Assembly (NCBI GenBank): GCA_030390025.1
Contig: CM059438.1
Coordinates: 67,024,001 to 67,088,000 of the forward strand
Source: Squalus acanthias
Lineage: Eukaryota
Length of the DNA stretch: 64,000 nucleotides
Direction of reading: 5' to 3'
Shown here: piece after piece, positions 39,838 through 51,399 of the stretch
Numbering within the stretch: the first letter of the stretch is position 1
Layout: every line of letters starts with the position of its first letter
Translations under genes and position numbers: made by a program
The notes under the pieces: model-generated
Told to the model about the DNA's origin: nothing
Database searches by the model: none
Seen by the model: only the letters and a program-made list of their open reading frames with translations

Positions 39838-41611
39838 TGAAGGTCCTTGATCGTGTGCGACACTTCTGAGATACGTCTGTCGAAACTCTCTGCCACTTAT
39901 TTACATAGCTCAGCCCCCATGCAAAAGACCAGCACTTGCAAGTGTCCTGGGTTAATAATACACTGGTGTGTAAAGTTTCGCAATTATCGCGATTCGAAAT
40001 AACGAGATAGAAGCAGATTCGTTTGATCAGTTTATTTAAACGAAATGCTGTCATGATTAAACAGGTCACAGAAGCCTGTAAAATGGCCGCCGCGCATCGT
40101 GGCAGAAGTTTCCAGAAGTACAGTGGGCAGACAAGATGGCGTTCGAATAAACATTTTCGATAAGCACTGATAAAGACAGGATGCAACCTGTTTGCATTTG
40201 TGACAATAGCAAAAGATATGAGTGCTGGAATCGTTTTCCATGCACAAGTAAGGACCATTGTACTGGGCAATCGAAGGCCCATCCAGACACATCAACACGC
40301 AAATACCCCCACGGCTCTACAATGAGAGAGCCATTCTCGGGTGATTAAACAAGTATTCGGGGGCCCCCAAAACCCAGCCAGGGAGGCTCCGAGCCGGTTC
40401 AACAATGGGGAAAACATTAACGGGTAGTTGGCCAGTCTCAGGTGCTACTGAAACCCGTTAAAGTCAAGAATCACCCCATGCTGGGAGTTTTGAGCGCCAA
40501 TATTTCACAAAGGACAAACATTAAGATTTGAGCGGGAGATAAGGGAACACAGCACTATAACTATAGACAACAAATGTCCATCGCTCTCTTACTCCCTTGA
40601 TTCAATTCTTATTCGCTTCATTCGTGCTCTTGTTTCTCTGGACTGTTGACTCTGGACTTTTAGCCGCACTGGACGGTTATTCAAATGTTGGGTGGAGCTC
40701 AAACGGAACGAGCCGCCTCGACGAAGGCCGGTAACCGGGTGCACCATCCCGAGTGTCGGTAAACGGTGTTCTGGACCCGAAGGCCCGAAGAGACGAGACG
40801 AGATGAGATGAGAAGAGAAGAAGAAGAATCCACATGCCGCCGCGGTCAGTAAACCCCGACCGCGCCCGAAAATATACGACCCATTTCTTGAACTCTACAG
40901 GTTACTGCACGAACTGGTCAAAGACTCTTCTTTGAATTCTACCGGTAACTGGTGTCGGTCCAGGAAGACTCTTCTTTGAGTTCTACAGCCGGGCCCGAGC
41001 ACTGTCGAGTTCTTCATGACAACGGGGAGCCCAGCCTGCTTGCAGCAGCAGCGAAAGTAAACAAGTGGGGTACAGAGACCCCTCAAAACACGTGACAGTC
41101 AGGCGCTGCAGCGAAACGAGCTGAGCGCCTCACTTTAAAATTCTCCGAAGTATCACGAGTGGTGAGCATGTTTCCCGATCCTACAAATTTCGATGTAGTG
41201 TAGGTATTGATAGGGGAGGGTGGTTTTATTAAGGATAAAGTATAATGTGTTCCCCTTTTTACGATGTGCTGTGCGTTCTTCATTACCATAGACCAAGCTT
41301 TATGAATATATGTATACTTGTACTCTCGTTAATTTGTGCCTATGACATGTACTTCATGATTTTAGACGCTATGCAATAAAGATTTCCATTTCGTACTATT
41401 CAACCAGGTCTATTTGAGTTTTTCTCTGCATTACTGCTCTCGCACCTAAGTCCAGTGTTAGAACCGTAAGGGCGAGTGGGTCGAACCACTCACAGGTGCT
41501 TATTGCAACAAGGCTGGCCGGAGACCAGAGCAAGCAATAGTATTAGGCAACGAAGGCCTAACCCCGCACCAGCACCGTCTGCGATACAAGCACGACACAG
41601 AACCCCTTACA
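39838..41611 (+). mobile_element. Probable long solo LTR (about 1.77 kb), CpG-rich, family unrecognised
   Basis: Starts TGAAGG, ends CCCCTTA(CA); flanks CACGTG / CAGGTG (6 bp, 1 mismatch) or CGTG / GGTG; TATA-like 40556-40560; AATAAA 41375-41380; sharp CpG rise over the flanks; no convincing ORF. Confidence 0.62.
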
Positions 41612-42494
41612 GGTGTAACACCCATAAAGTTAGGCACATCATGGCCCGAAGTCACCTGTTATCAGCATAATGGAGACTTTTGAAGTTTGATAGCTTTTTT
41701 GAATTTTCCCTACTGAGACCTGCACTATTCTTAACAGTCTCAATGCACTTGAAATTCTTTGGACCGTCGCACATGTTCCGAAGGACTAATGGCCTTCCCA
41801 ATGGGCATACCCCTATTCTGCATACTAATAGAAGAGAAAGAGGAGTAGCAGAGGCAAGAGGCTTTGAGAGTGAGGCACCACAGCAGAAGACACTGACAGG
41901 GTGAAGTCACTCGTGACTCCACCCGATCACTCAAAAGTGAAACTACATCTGGAAGGGTTGTTGACTTCAGAAGGTAATCCTGAATAATTCCGACATTACA
42001 GTGGCTTTTTCACACGAGCGTTGGATGCTGCCCAAATTGACACTATAGTGAATGTGCAAATGAATCGTGGTTATTGGAGACAGCAATGGAGCTGGTGTCT
42101 TTTCAGTTGCCTGTAGAAATGAGAGGCTGAACCAGAAATGATTTCATCTCCAGGCAACCTGGTGGTAAAATGCTGGGATCTCAACTGGACAACCGGATTG
42201 CATCTTGCCAGATATTAAGCGATATGATACTGCTCCATTTCACACCCCGCTCATGCATGCTTCCTGATTTTACTGAAAAAAAGTCCACGAAACAGCAATA
42301 CAGACGCATCAACATTAAAAATCGCAGAAATTCGATTTATGCTTGATTGTCCGCAATCTCTTGCTCTGGTTCGGCCGATATCACTTGGAATGTGCTGATA
42401 AAACTGATGGAAACTCTAGGCCCAAGTCTCTATTTTCTGAGGGGAATACACCATTTAAAAAAATAACTTAGACAACACTTTATATGACGTTTAG

Positions 42495-42642
42495 AAACCT
42501 ACTTCTTTGACCGAGCTTTTGGTAACCTGCCCTAATATCTCCTCATGTGGCTTGGTGTCAAAATTTGTCTGATAATACTCCAGTGAAACGCCTTGGAACG
42601 TCTTGCTACATTAGAGACACTATATAAATGCAACATGTTGTT
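42495..42642 (+). mobile_element. L2 3' tail
   Basis: AAACCTACTTCTTTGACCGAGCTTTTGG...TATATAAATGCAA..TGTTGTT. Confidence 0.75.
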
Positions 42643-44289
42643 TATATCTCCAATTGTAACACAAATGGACAACAATTAGTGGCACTGCATTCTGTTTAAC
42701 GTCGGATTTTATGTTCCAATGTAGGCAACTGAATTCCGCAGGAAATTTCGGCGTAAGTTTCTGTCAGCAAGACCGGCACAGAAACTTGCGTCAATTTTAG
42801 CGTAATTTCTGTAGAAGTACGATCCAGGAAATTCAAGGTCACTATTTATCTGAGGTAAAGTGCCCAGAGTGTTTTTTTTTTAAATAGAAACCCAAGAATA
42901 TCAAAATGGCTTAAGTTATTACCAGATCGATATACAAAAAAAATGACCTTTTACAGAGTTTCTGTTATTTTCCACTCAACAGCAAATAATTCATATTTCT
43001 TCACCCACAGCAGCCGTATCAATTTTTATGGAAAGAACTTAAATGTTAAGCATGAGACAGTGGGGAACTTTAAATGGGAAAAGAAGCAAAATAGTGAAAT
43101 CTGAGACAAGAGCAGAAAAGGCTGGAAACAAGTCAGTCAGCATCTGTGGAGAGAATAGAATTTTTTATGTTTCAGATGTCGACCCTTTTTCCCAACCCTA
43201 AAAATAGAAGACAGGCAGACATATTAACATGATCAAAAAAAACAAACAGAGAGAGGAGACATCAGCGGAATGATGCAACAGATCACTCAGTCAAGTAATA
43301 GATAGAAGCTTAGAAGAAATAAAAAACGTGAGATACAAAGGACCTCTGTACATTGCTAAGAAAGTGAGAGGTCTGAGGAAAATGCAAGAAAATGGGAGCG
43401 ATGGGGAACCTGGGGGTTCAGGTATGAAAGTAAAACAGGTTTGACAATGAGGATAGAGCTGGTCTGAAGTTATTGAATCCAATGGGGGTGAATTTCTTGG
43501 ACAGTAACGTAAAATGGTTAATAGCAAATAGGCAGCCCATTGACTTGAATGGAGAAGAAAATCGGGAAGAGTATAAAATGGGCTGCCAATTCCCTACAGC
43601 TTGTTTTGGGCTATCGCCCAAGAGGAAATGTAACCTCCAGTGTTCTTTATCCAATGACAAGGCACAATCTTCACCTGAACATTGTCAATCCTGAGTCGTC
43701 GCTGGTCATTGTGTGGTGCCTTAGAAATTCTCCTTCTTGTGCTCCAGCTTTCCTTTATAATGCAGGGAATGAGAATAACTTAGAGAATTGGTCCAAATTA
43801 TGAAAGATCATACCATTGAATTAAAAAACTTTTCTTCAATACAAATGTACTACAAAGCTTGATACAAAAAACTGTCACTGAGATTCTTGCTTTTCATGTA
43901 ATGAACTGCCTTGACAAAATAAGAATGTTACATGTGTAAGAAACTAATTAATTGGATCATAAATTAATGAAGTACAACAAAAGAGTCACTTAACTGCATC
44001 CATAATTTCAAAGATCTGAATTCATTGAATTTTAAATGCAATTTTAATTGTCTATTTGACAATGACAAAAATATACCCGTAGCACTCTGAATGATGATAT
44101 TATGAAGTAGCTTCATTAATGAAGAGGATTATATCGTTGCTTTGAGAAACTGTAAGATCAGATGGAATATTTAATATCCAGAACTTCATGCCTGAACAAA
44201 CTTTTCCAGATTTGAGCAGCACAGAGTTGGTGTGGTAAGGGAAATCGAACAGTGATTATTATTTATTCAATATGTTCAGATTCGGCATA

Positions 44290-45755
44290 TCATTCCAGCC
44301 ACCTTGAAGCATGGACATCACCAGCCTAAAAAAGCGTGTGAGCCACCAGATAGTTTAGTTAGTGAGCAGGATTTGACAATGTGGGACACGGTTTGTATTT
44401 GTCTGCAAGGACATTTATTGTTGGCACGAAGGCCCGAAGGGTGAAGTTTGGAGCCGCGCTGTCACTGTCCTGTTTGAAAGCGGTTGAGAAGCCCCCAGCT
44501 ACGGCATGGTCAGTTGAGTCCTGGTTCACGGCCTGCAGGGTTCTGGAGAATGTGATGATTTATAGGAGAATCTGCTGTCCACTCCTCAGGGAAAGTGAAA
44601 GAAATCAGGAAAGATTGACCATATCGGGTATCTCAAAGAGAGCCGTGTTGTTGGTGGCTAGAACAAATCCGAGTGCACTGGCAACATGGCTTTGTCAAGG
44701 AGTCTCTTCATCTATTTTGCTACTGCGTCTGAATGACGAAGATGTGGAGGAGCTAGTAGAGGACTAGTAAACACGGGAGGGGGGAAAGGCGCAACGTGCC
44801 TGACACAAGGCACATAGTAGCCTGCAGTTGTGTATCCATTGGCTTAGTGTGCGGTGAGTGAGCCAAAATGGGAGTGCAATGTTCCACAACTGAACGGCAG
44901 AGTGCGAGAGCAGATGAACATGAAGCGGAGGCATTTGCTGCCCAGGCAGAGCCAGCAAGTTTGCTGATTAGATTGTTTTTGGTTTTGACATCTTCAGCAG
45001 TTTTCCGTAAATGGTTTTTGTAGGTTAGTGACCGGTCGAGGTTGATGCCCAGATAAACAGGTTGAGCATCTTTTTTTTTTAATTCGTTTTTGGGATATGG
45101 GCGGCACTGGCAAGGCCAGCATTTATTGCCCATCCCTAATTGCCCTTGAGAAGGTGGTGGTGAGCCGCCTTCTTGAACCGCTGCAGTCCATGTGGTGAAG
45201 GTACTCCCACAGTGCTGTGAGGTAGGGAGTTCCAGGATTTTGACCCAGCGATGATGAAGGATCGGCGATATATTTCTAAGTCAGGATGGTGTGTGACTTG
45301 GAGGGGAACTTGGAGGTGGTGGTGTTCCCATGCGCCTGCTGCCCTTGTCCTTCCAGGTGGAAGAGGTCACGGGTTTGGGAGGTACTGCCGAAGAAGCCTT
45401 GGCGAGTTGCTGCAGTGCATCTTGTAGATGGTACACACTGCAGCCATGGTATGCCGGTGGTGGAGGGAGTGAATGTTTAAGGTGGATGGGGTGCCAATCA
45501 AGCGGGCTGCTTCGTCATGTCTAAGAAAGTGAGTTCGCAAGAGACACCAGCATTGTGAAAGTAAAAGATGGAGGACACAGTCTTAGTGGCATTTAGTTGC
45601 CACTTTAGGAAGTGTTCTGCCATAACTTTCATATCATTAGTGATTGTGGTTTCCAGGGTTGAAAAGTCAGTAGCTTGAGTAGCAGAGGCACTGTCATCAG
45701 CATAGATGAATTTCCGCAATCTAGTTGCAGGGAGATTGTTTTTGTGCAGTTTAAA
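44290..45755 (-). mobile_element. Vingi/Ingi-clade LINE fragment (RT to C-terminus), split by a 12166-type LINE piece at 45070-45511
   Basis: RKFIYADD; YLGINLDRSLTYKNHL...NNLISKLAGSAW...SALALC; QTVSHIVKSC. Confidence 0.75.
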
Positions 45756-45789
45756 AAGAAGTGTTGCTAAAATGATCCCTGAGGGAGCA

Positions 45790-46125
45790 GCGTCTTAAAG
45801 GAGGAGAGAGAGGCGGAGAGGATTAGGGAGGGAATTCCAGAGCTTAGGGACTCGGCAGCTGAAGGCACAGCTGCCAATGGTGGAGCGATTAAAATCAGGG
45901 ATGCACAAGAGGCCAGAATTGGAGGAGCGCAGAGGTCTAGAAGGTTGTAGAGCGTGAGGAGGTTACAGAGATAAGGAGGGGCGAGGCCATGGAGGGTTTT
46001 GAAAATGAGAATGAGAATTTTAAAATTGAGGCATTGCTCAACCAGGAGCCAATGTAGGTCAGCGAGCACAGGGGTGATGGGTGAACCGGGACTTGGTGCG
46101 AGTTAGGATACGGGCAGCCGACCTC
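45790..46125 (-). mobile_element. L2 LINE fragment
   Basis: LADLHWLLVEQCLNFKILILIFKTLHGLAPPYL. Confidence 0.88.
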
Positions 46126-46159
46126 CCATCTTCCATCTTCCATAAACATAAGCTCATCC

Positions 46160-47533
46160 AAAAAAAAAGTTAAGGTAGTTAAGAAAGTGTTTGGGATACT
46201 TGGCTTTGTAAATAGGGGCATTGATACAAAAACAAGGGGGGAAAAATTGAGTCGAGCCCCCCTTTGGGGCGCTAACTTCGCCGGGGATGCTACTTTTAGC
46301 GCCCCGAAAAGATTAGCACCCCCATGGCCGAAAATCATCGGTAGCGCCCCAAGAGGGAAGCGGGGCGCTACTGGAAGTGCCCCGCCTCCCTCTTGGAGCG
46401 CTGCGAGGGAATATCACGGTGCTATGTGCCGCGATACTGCAGGCCTTCCTCCCCTTCTTAAAGGGGAGGGGCCTTGCGCAGCGCGACCCAGGGCCTAGCT
46501 GGGCCACCAGGGATCGGGAGTGCCGACAAAAGAGCCCAGCACTCAAGAGAAGTGCCGGGCTCACGGAGGGGTTGGTCAGGAGGCCGGGGACGGCAACGGG
46601 GGCAGGTGTTGGCAGGCGGCCAGCAACAAAAATGGCTGTCCGGCACCTCACCTTTAATTAGCACTGCCCCGGCTGCAGGTAGGCCCCCCCAACCCCGTCG
46701 GACATAGCGTCCGGCGGTAAGCCAGGGGGCGCTACTGAAGGTCGTAGCCAGGGCGTGAGCGGGGCACTGCGCACGGCGATGACGTCATTGCCGGTGGTGC
46801 CACGCCGTGGAGCGCTAACGGTTACCGCCGCCGCTAACCTCCTGCTGAATTTTGCGAGAGGCATTGGCGGCACCGTGCCTGGGCGCTCGTTGCTTGGCGC
46901 CCCATTAGCGCCCTCTTAGGGCGCTAACGGGAGGCGCAAAGCAACCGTATTTTTAGGCCAAGGAAGTCATGCTAAACTTTTGCAAATCACTGGTTAGGCC
47001 TCAGCTGGAGTATTGTGCACAATTCTGGGCACCACTCTTTAGGAAGGATGCCAAGGCCTTGGAGAGGGTGCAGAGGAGGTTTACCAGGATGATACCAGGG
47101 ATGAAGGAGTTCAATTATTTGGAGAGATCGAGAAGCTAGCATTGTTCTCCTTAGAGCAGAGAATGTTACGGTGAGACTTAATCAAAATTATGAGGGGTTT
47201 TGACAGAGCAAGTACAGAGAAGCTAGTTCCTCTGGCAAGTGGGTCAGTAACCAGAGGTCATAGATTTAAAATAATTAGCAAAAGAGCTAATGATTTGAAG
47301 TGAGGAGTAATTTCTTCACACAGAGGGTTGTTAAGATCTGGAACGCACTACCGGAAAATGTGGTAGAATCAGATTCCAGAGGAACTTTTAAAAGGCGATT
47401 GGACATGTACTTGAAGAGGACTAAGTTGCAGGGTTATTGGGAAAAAGCTGGCGTGTGGGACTAAATTGGACAGCTCTTTCAAAGAGCCGGCACAGGCATG
47501 ACCTCCTTCTTTGCTGTAAGACTCTATTATTCT
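46160..47533 (+). mobile_element. CR1 3' fragment interrupted by a MITE
   Basis: GILGFVNRGI before and LVRPQLEYC after the insertion; CR1 tail at about 47520. Confidence 0.88.
46237..46959. mobile_element. GC-rich Harbinger-type MITE
   Basis: Interrupts CR1 with a 3-bp TSD (AAG, or CAA with a 1-bp shift); end shared with 8209-9068 (GGCGCTAACGGGAGGCGCAA). Confidence 0.88.
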
Positions 47534-48399
47534 ATGATTACCATCCCAGAAGTAGAGTGAGAGAACAGCTGAGTGTTAGGTTGAGATAGATTCATGGAAT
47601 CATGGAATGATACACAGAAGGAGGCCATTCGGCACATCGCGCCTGTGCCAGATGTAAGCTGATTAAATCTGCTTGCAGAGTTCTTGATGGGGAGTTTGCT
47701 TTTCTGCCAGGGCCGCACATGGCTCATAAATTACTTAATAATCAAACTTAAATCACGTTATCAAGATGAGATGGTTCAGGACTCAGGTGCTGGTTTGTTT
47801 AACAAGGCTCTTTTCACTGCCATAGATTCTAATCACTCTGCTCGTTCATCGGAGTCTCTTAAAGATCGGTTGTGAAACTAATTTGTTGGATCATTTGCTA
47901 TGGGATTTATGAAATAAAAGGATTTCAGACTGTTCGCTCAATGTTGGAAGCACTCCGTGAGCAAAAAGAAAATAATTGCTGGAAAAGGTCATTGCTCTCC
48001 AGAGAGTCAAAGAGAAAATCACACCCTGTATTTCAAGGCTTTGTGAAGCCAAAGCCTTCTGCCAAGGCTCCAAAAATGTCATCTTATATCTACACAACTG
48101 GAGTCACTGATTTTCAATTAATTCATTGTATAGCACAATGAGACATCTCTGAGAGATGTGATGAAGCGCTACATGAATAGAAATCTTCCTTTTTATAAAG
48201 GCCAGGAAGCATTTGCTATTGATATTTTCTCTTTGATTTTGTCTTTTTTTCCTGAGGCAAGGAAGGACTACGCTCACCTCTCAGTCTGACTGAGTTTTTG
48301 ATAACTGAAAAATTGGCTTCAAAACTTTATTTATCAAAATGCAGTTCCAAACAACACTTTTTCTTCCATTTGGGCTATCAGCCACTTTTGACATAGTTT

Positions 48400-48768
48400 C
48401 AAGCAACGAGTGATGATCAAAGTGGCCAAGTGTAGTCGTGGTGGGAGTAGCAACACTCTGGTACAATCAACTGTGTGGCCATCTTTCATGTGTCATCCAT
48501 TGACAATTGATGTTGGCAGGCTGTTTGGCACAGAGGCGGCACAGTCAAGCATATTGCTGTTTTCACCCGATGTCCGCACGTGCATTTTCCAGCAGGAACC
48601 TCGTGGATTCCCCTCCCCCCTAACCGAGGGGTGCTGAGGTGAGTTTTAACAGCCCTACTGACAGCCCACTGAAGTCAACAAATTCAACACTGAACCTAGG
48701 ATTGAACCTGGGACCATCTTGATCTGTGTGGCTTGGCTACTCACTGAACCAACTCACTGAGCCACCAG
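48400..48768 (-). mobile_element. Old tRNA-headed SINE
   Basis: Minus-strand TGGCTCAGTGAG A-box-like and GGTTCAATCC B-box-like motifs; 3' boundary uncertain. Confidence 0.45.
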
Positions 48769-48855
48769 GGGCATCCTGAAGCTGTTTCTAACACTGAGGT
48801 TTAATTAACACTCGTAATATTTGTGGCATTTCAAAATACTTCCAGTTCCAATTTT

Positions 48856-49361
48856 GGGCTGAATTTTAATGGGGAAGGCGGCTTGAGGGTGGAGGGGTGG
48901 GGTGGGGTGGGGGGCGGTGTGCTCCGAGGTGGTCAGGAAGCCCAGGTGGCCTTGGGGGGTGGAAATTGGAAGCCTCATAGGAGGGTCTCCGATCATGGGG
49001 GGTGGGTTAAGCAGGGACCCTGGATTCAGGAGGTAGGTGTCAAGGCACTTACCTCCTGGATGCAGCAGTCCTCGCCTTGCTGTAGCTGGCGGGTTTCACG
49101 AGGTGTGCAAAACCCAACCAGCTACAGTCAAACACAAAATGGAGGTTAAAGAAGAGGCTCCCAGCATCATTATAATATTTAAATCGATGGCCCGCCTCCT
49201 GGCAGCGGGTTGGCTGCCCACCCCGTCCCGCCTCCCATCCCGCCTTCGTTAAAACAGAAAGTAGGCGGGTTGGTGGCGGGTTCAGGTCAGGATTCCGATT
49301 TTTAACACTTAAACTACCCCACGCCCCCAACCCGCCTGTTTTTAAAGTTAAAATTCCCCTC
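48856..49361. mobile_element. Harbinger-type MITE with CCCGCC subterminal motifs
   Basis: TIRs GGGCTGAATTTTAA / TTAAAATTCCCCTC; TSD TTT. Confidence 0.82.
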
Positions 49362-49866
49362 TTTATGTTTGGTGGCTATTTTGTTCTGGTTCAGTTCTTG
49401 TGCTGGCCAGGAGAGTCAGTGAGGGCACAGATTGTCATGTTTAATGACTGCAGTGTAATCATTTCAAGATTATAGTAAAATAATCTAACATTGTTTAATA
49501 GGGAGTTTTATGTCCAATCTATTACGCCATCACATTTGCATACTAATTAGAATTAATCAAGGTCAACCTCTCAAATGCAGTGGTTACTGATAGCAGACTA
49601 TTACTGACACGTAAGTGTTCATCTTACACATCTCTCAGCCAGATAGAGACAGGGCTTTGGTGTAAGCAATGACTTAGGATACTGAAATGCAACAATTGGA
49701 ATTGTGTACAGATCATCACCTTTTAGCGAAGCACGAACAAAACTTCCAGTTTGAAAACAAAAAAAATTGCAGCCAATGATAAATGGAAGTCGTTGATCAA
49801 CTGTAGCTGTCTACTTCTTCTGGAAAAAAAAGCGTTGCTGTTTGCATTACAACATTTGGACGAGGT

Positions 49867-50247
49867 GGGCTAGATTTTCAAATTACGGATCGGGCATAAA
49901 CCCGGTGTTGCAGATCGCCCACCTCCCAATCCCATGACCTCTACCGCCTAGAAGGACAAGGGCAGCAAGCGCATGGGAACACCACCACCTCCAAGTTCCC
50001 CTCCAAGTCACACACCGTCCTGACTTGAAAATATATCTCAGTTCCTTCATCATCACTGGGTCAAAATCTTGGAACCCCTAGTTAACTGCACTGTGGAGTA
50101 CCTTCACCCCACTGACTGCAGCGGTTCAAGAAGGCGGCTCACCACAACCTTCTCAAGGGCAATTAGGGAGCTGCCCGATTTTCATTAACGGGTTTCTGAT
50201 CCATAAAACTAGTTATACATCTGGGCGGCAAGTTGAAAATCTACCCC
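49867..50247. mobile_element. Small MITE containing a nested LINE fragment (49920-50168, +)
   Basis: TIRs GGGCTAGATTTTCAA / TTGAAAATCTACCCC; TSD not recognisable. Confidence 0.75.
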
Positions 50248-50466
50248 AAGGTCAGCAATTAATATTTTCTAACTTAAATCTCCTTTACTGACTAACTCTT
50301 CCTGGCTCCCACCATCCATTTTTTGAGGAGGCAGCAACTATTATTTAAAATAAAGGAGGGGTGGAGAAACAGCTGGAAAGTCATTTTTTTTAAAAGCCAA
50401 TCCAGAGTATGAATACTAGTGAAGTTCCTCTCTCCCATGCCAGAGGTGAGGCTGCCTGTTAGTTTT

Positions 50467-50806
50467 AAAAAAATTAATTCCTGGGATGTGGGCATCGTTG
50501 GCAAGGCCGGCATTTATTGCCCATCCCTAATTGCCCTTGAGAAGGTGGTGGTGAGCCGCCTTCTTGAACCGCTGCAGTCCGTGTGGTGAAGGTACTCACT
50601 TAGTGCAGTTAAGTAGAGTTCCAAGATTTTGAGCCAGTGACGATGAAGGAACGGTGATATATTTCCAAGTCACGGTGGTGTGTGACTTAGAGGGGAACTT
50701 GCAGGTGGTGGTGTTCCCATGTGCCTGCTGCCATTATCCTTCTAGGTTGCGGATTTGGGAGGTGCTGTCAAAGTAGCCATGGCGAGTTGCTGCAGTGCAT
50801 CTTGCA
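50467..50806 (-). mobile_element. 3' fragment of the 12166-type LINE
   Basis: Direct similarity to 12170-12515. Confidence 0.88.
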
Positions 50807-51399
50807 TCCAGTAATTGTATTTGGCAGCCCCCAGATATATTTACCAATGTAAAAAAAAACTAGTGAAAGTTCAACGGCTTCAAATAAGGTGACAACTTAA
50901 AAACAGCCCTAAATGAACACCTTGACCCTGAATTCCACAGGGTTCTCCTGATCTCCTGCCGTAACTTCAGCAAATATCCATTTTTACCTGTTTTCTCTGG
51001 GAGTTCCACTGATCTCCTGCCCGAACACCCCCATAGAAATTCGATGCACTGAAGTCTGGTAAAGACAAAGAGAGTGACTGAAAGTGCAGTAGGATAAGGG
51101 CTTGACATAAGCTTCAAGTATAACTGTGATATCTTGAGACACAGCATATATATACAACAGTACAACATGGTAAGAACTGTACTGCACATGGCTTTATTAT
51201 TATATACATCAGTAGTCCACCAGGTGACTCTATTACACTTCTCCCTCCTTATTGAAGAAGTTAATCATAGCAAATAATCATTGTACATGACTTGCAAGGT
51301 ATACACAACTCTTGGTATACATTTCTCAAATGGAACCCATTTTATGTTTCTAAATTCTATGATAGAATTCTGTAACACAAACAAAAGATATTAACTTAT

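Noticed and set aside
40785..40845. Arg-rich RRRRS-like stretch suggesting a hepadnavirus core protein
   Set aside because: Simple GAGAY/GAA repeat; no long ORF or polymerase YMDD motif nearby
39752..41611. Alternative LTR boundaries TGTAAG...CTTACA
   Set aside because: Flanks do not match as a TSD, and 39752 lies within a small MITE
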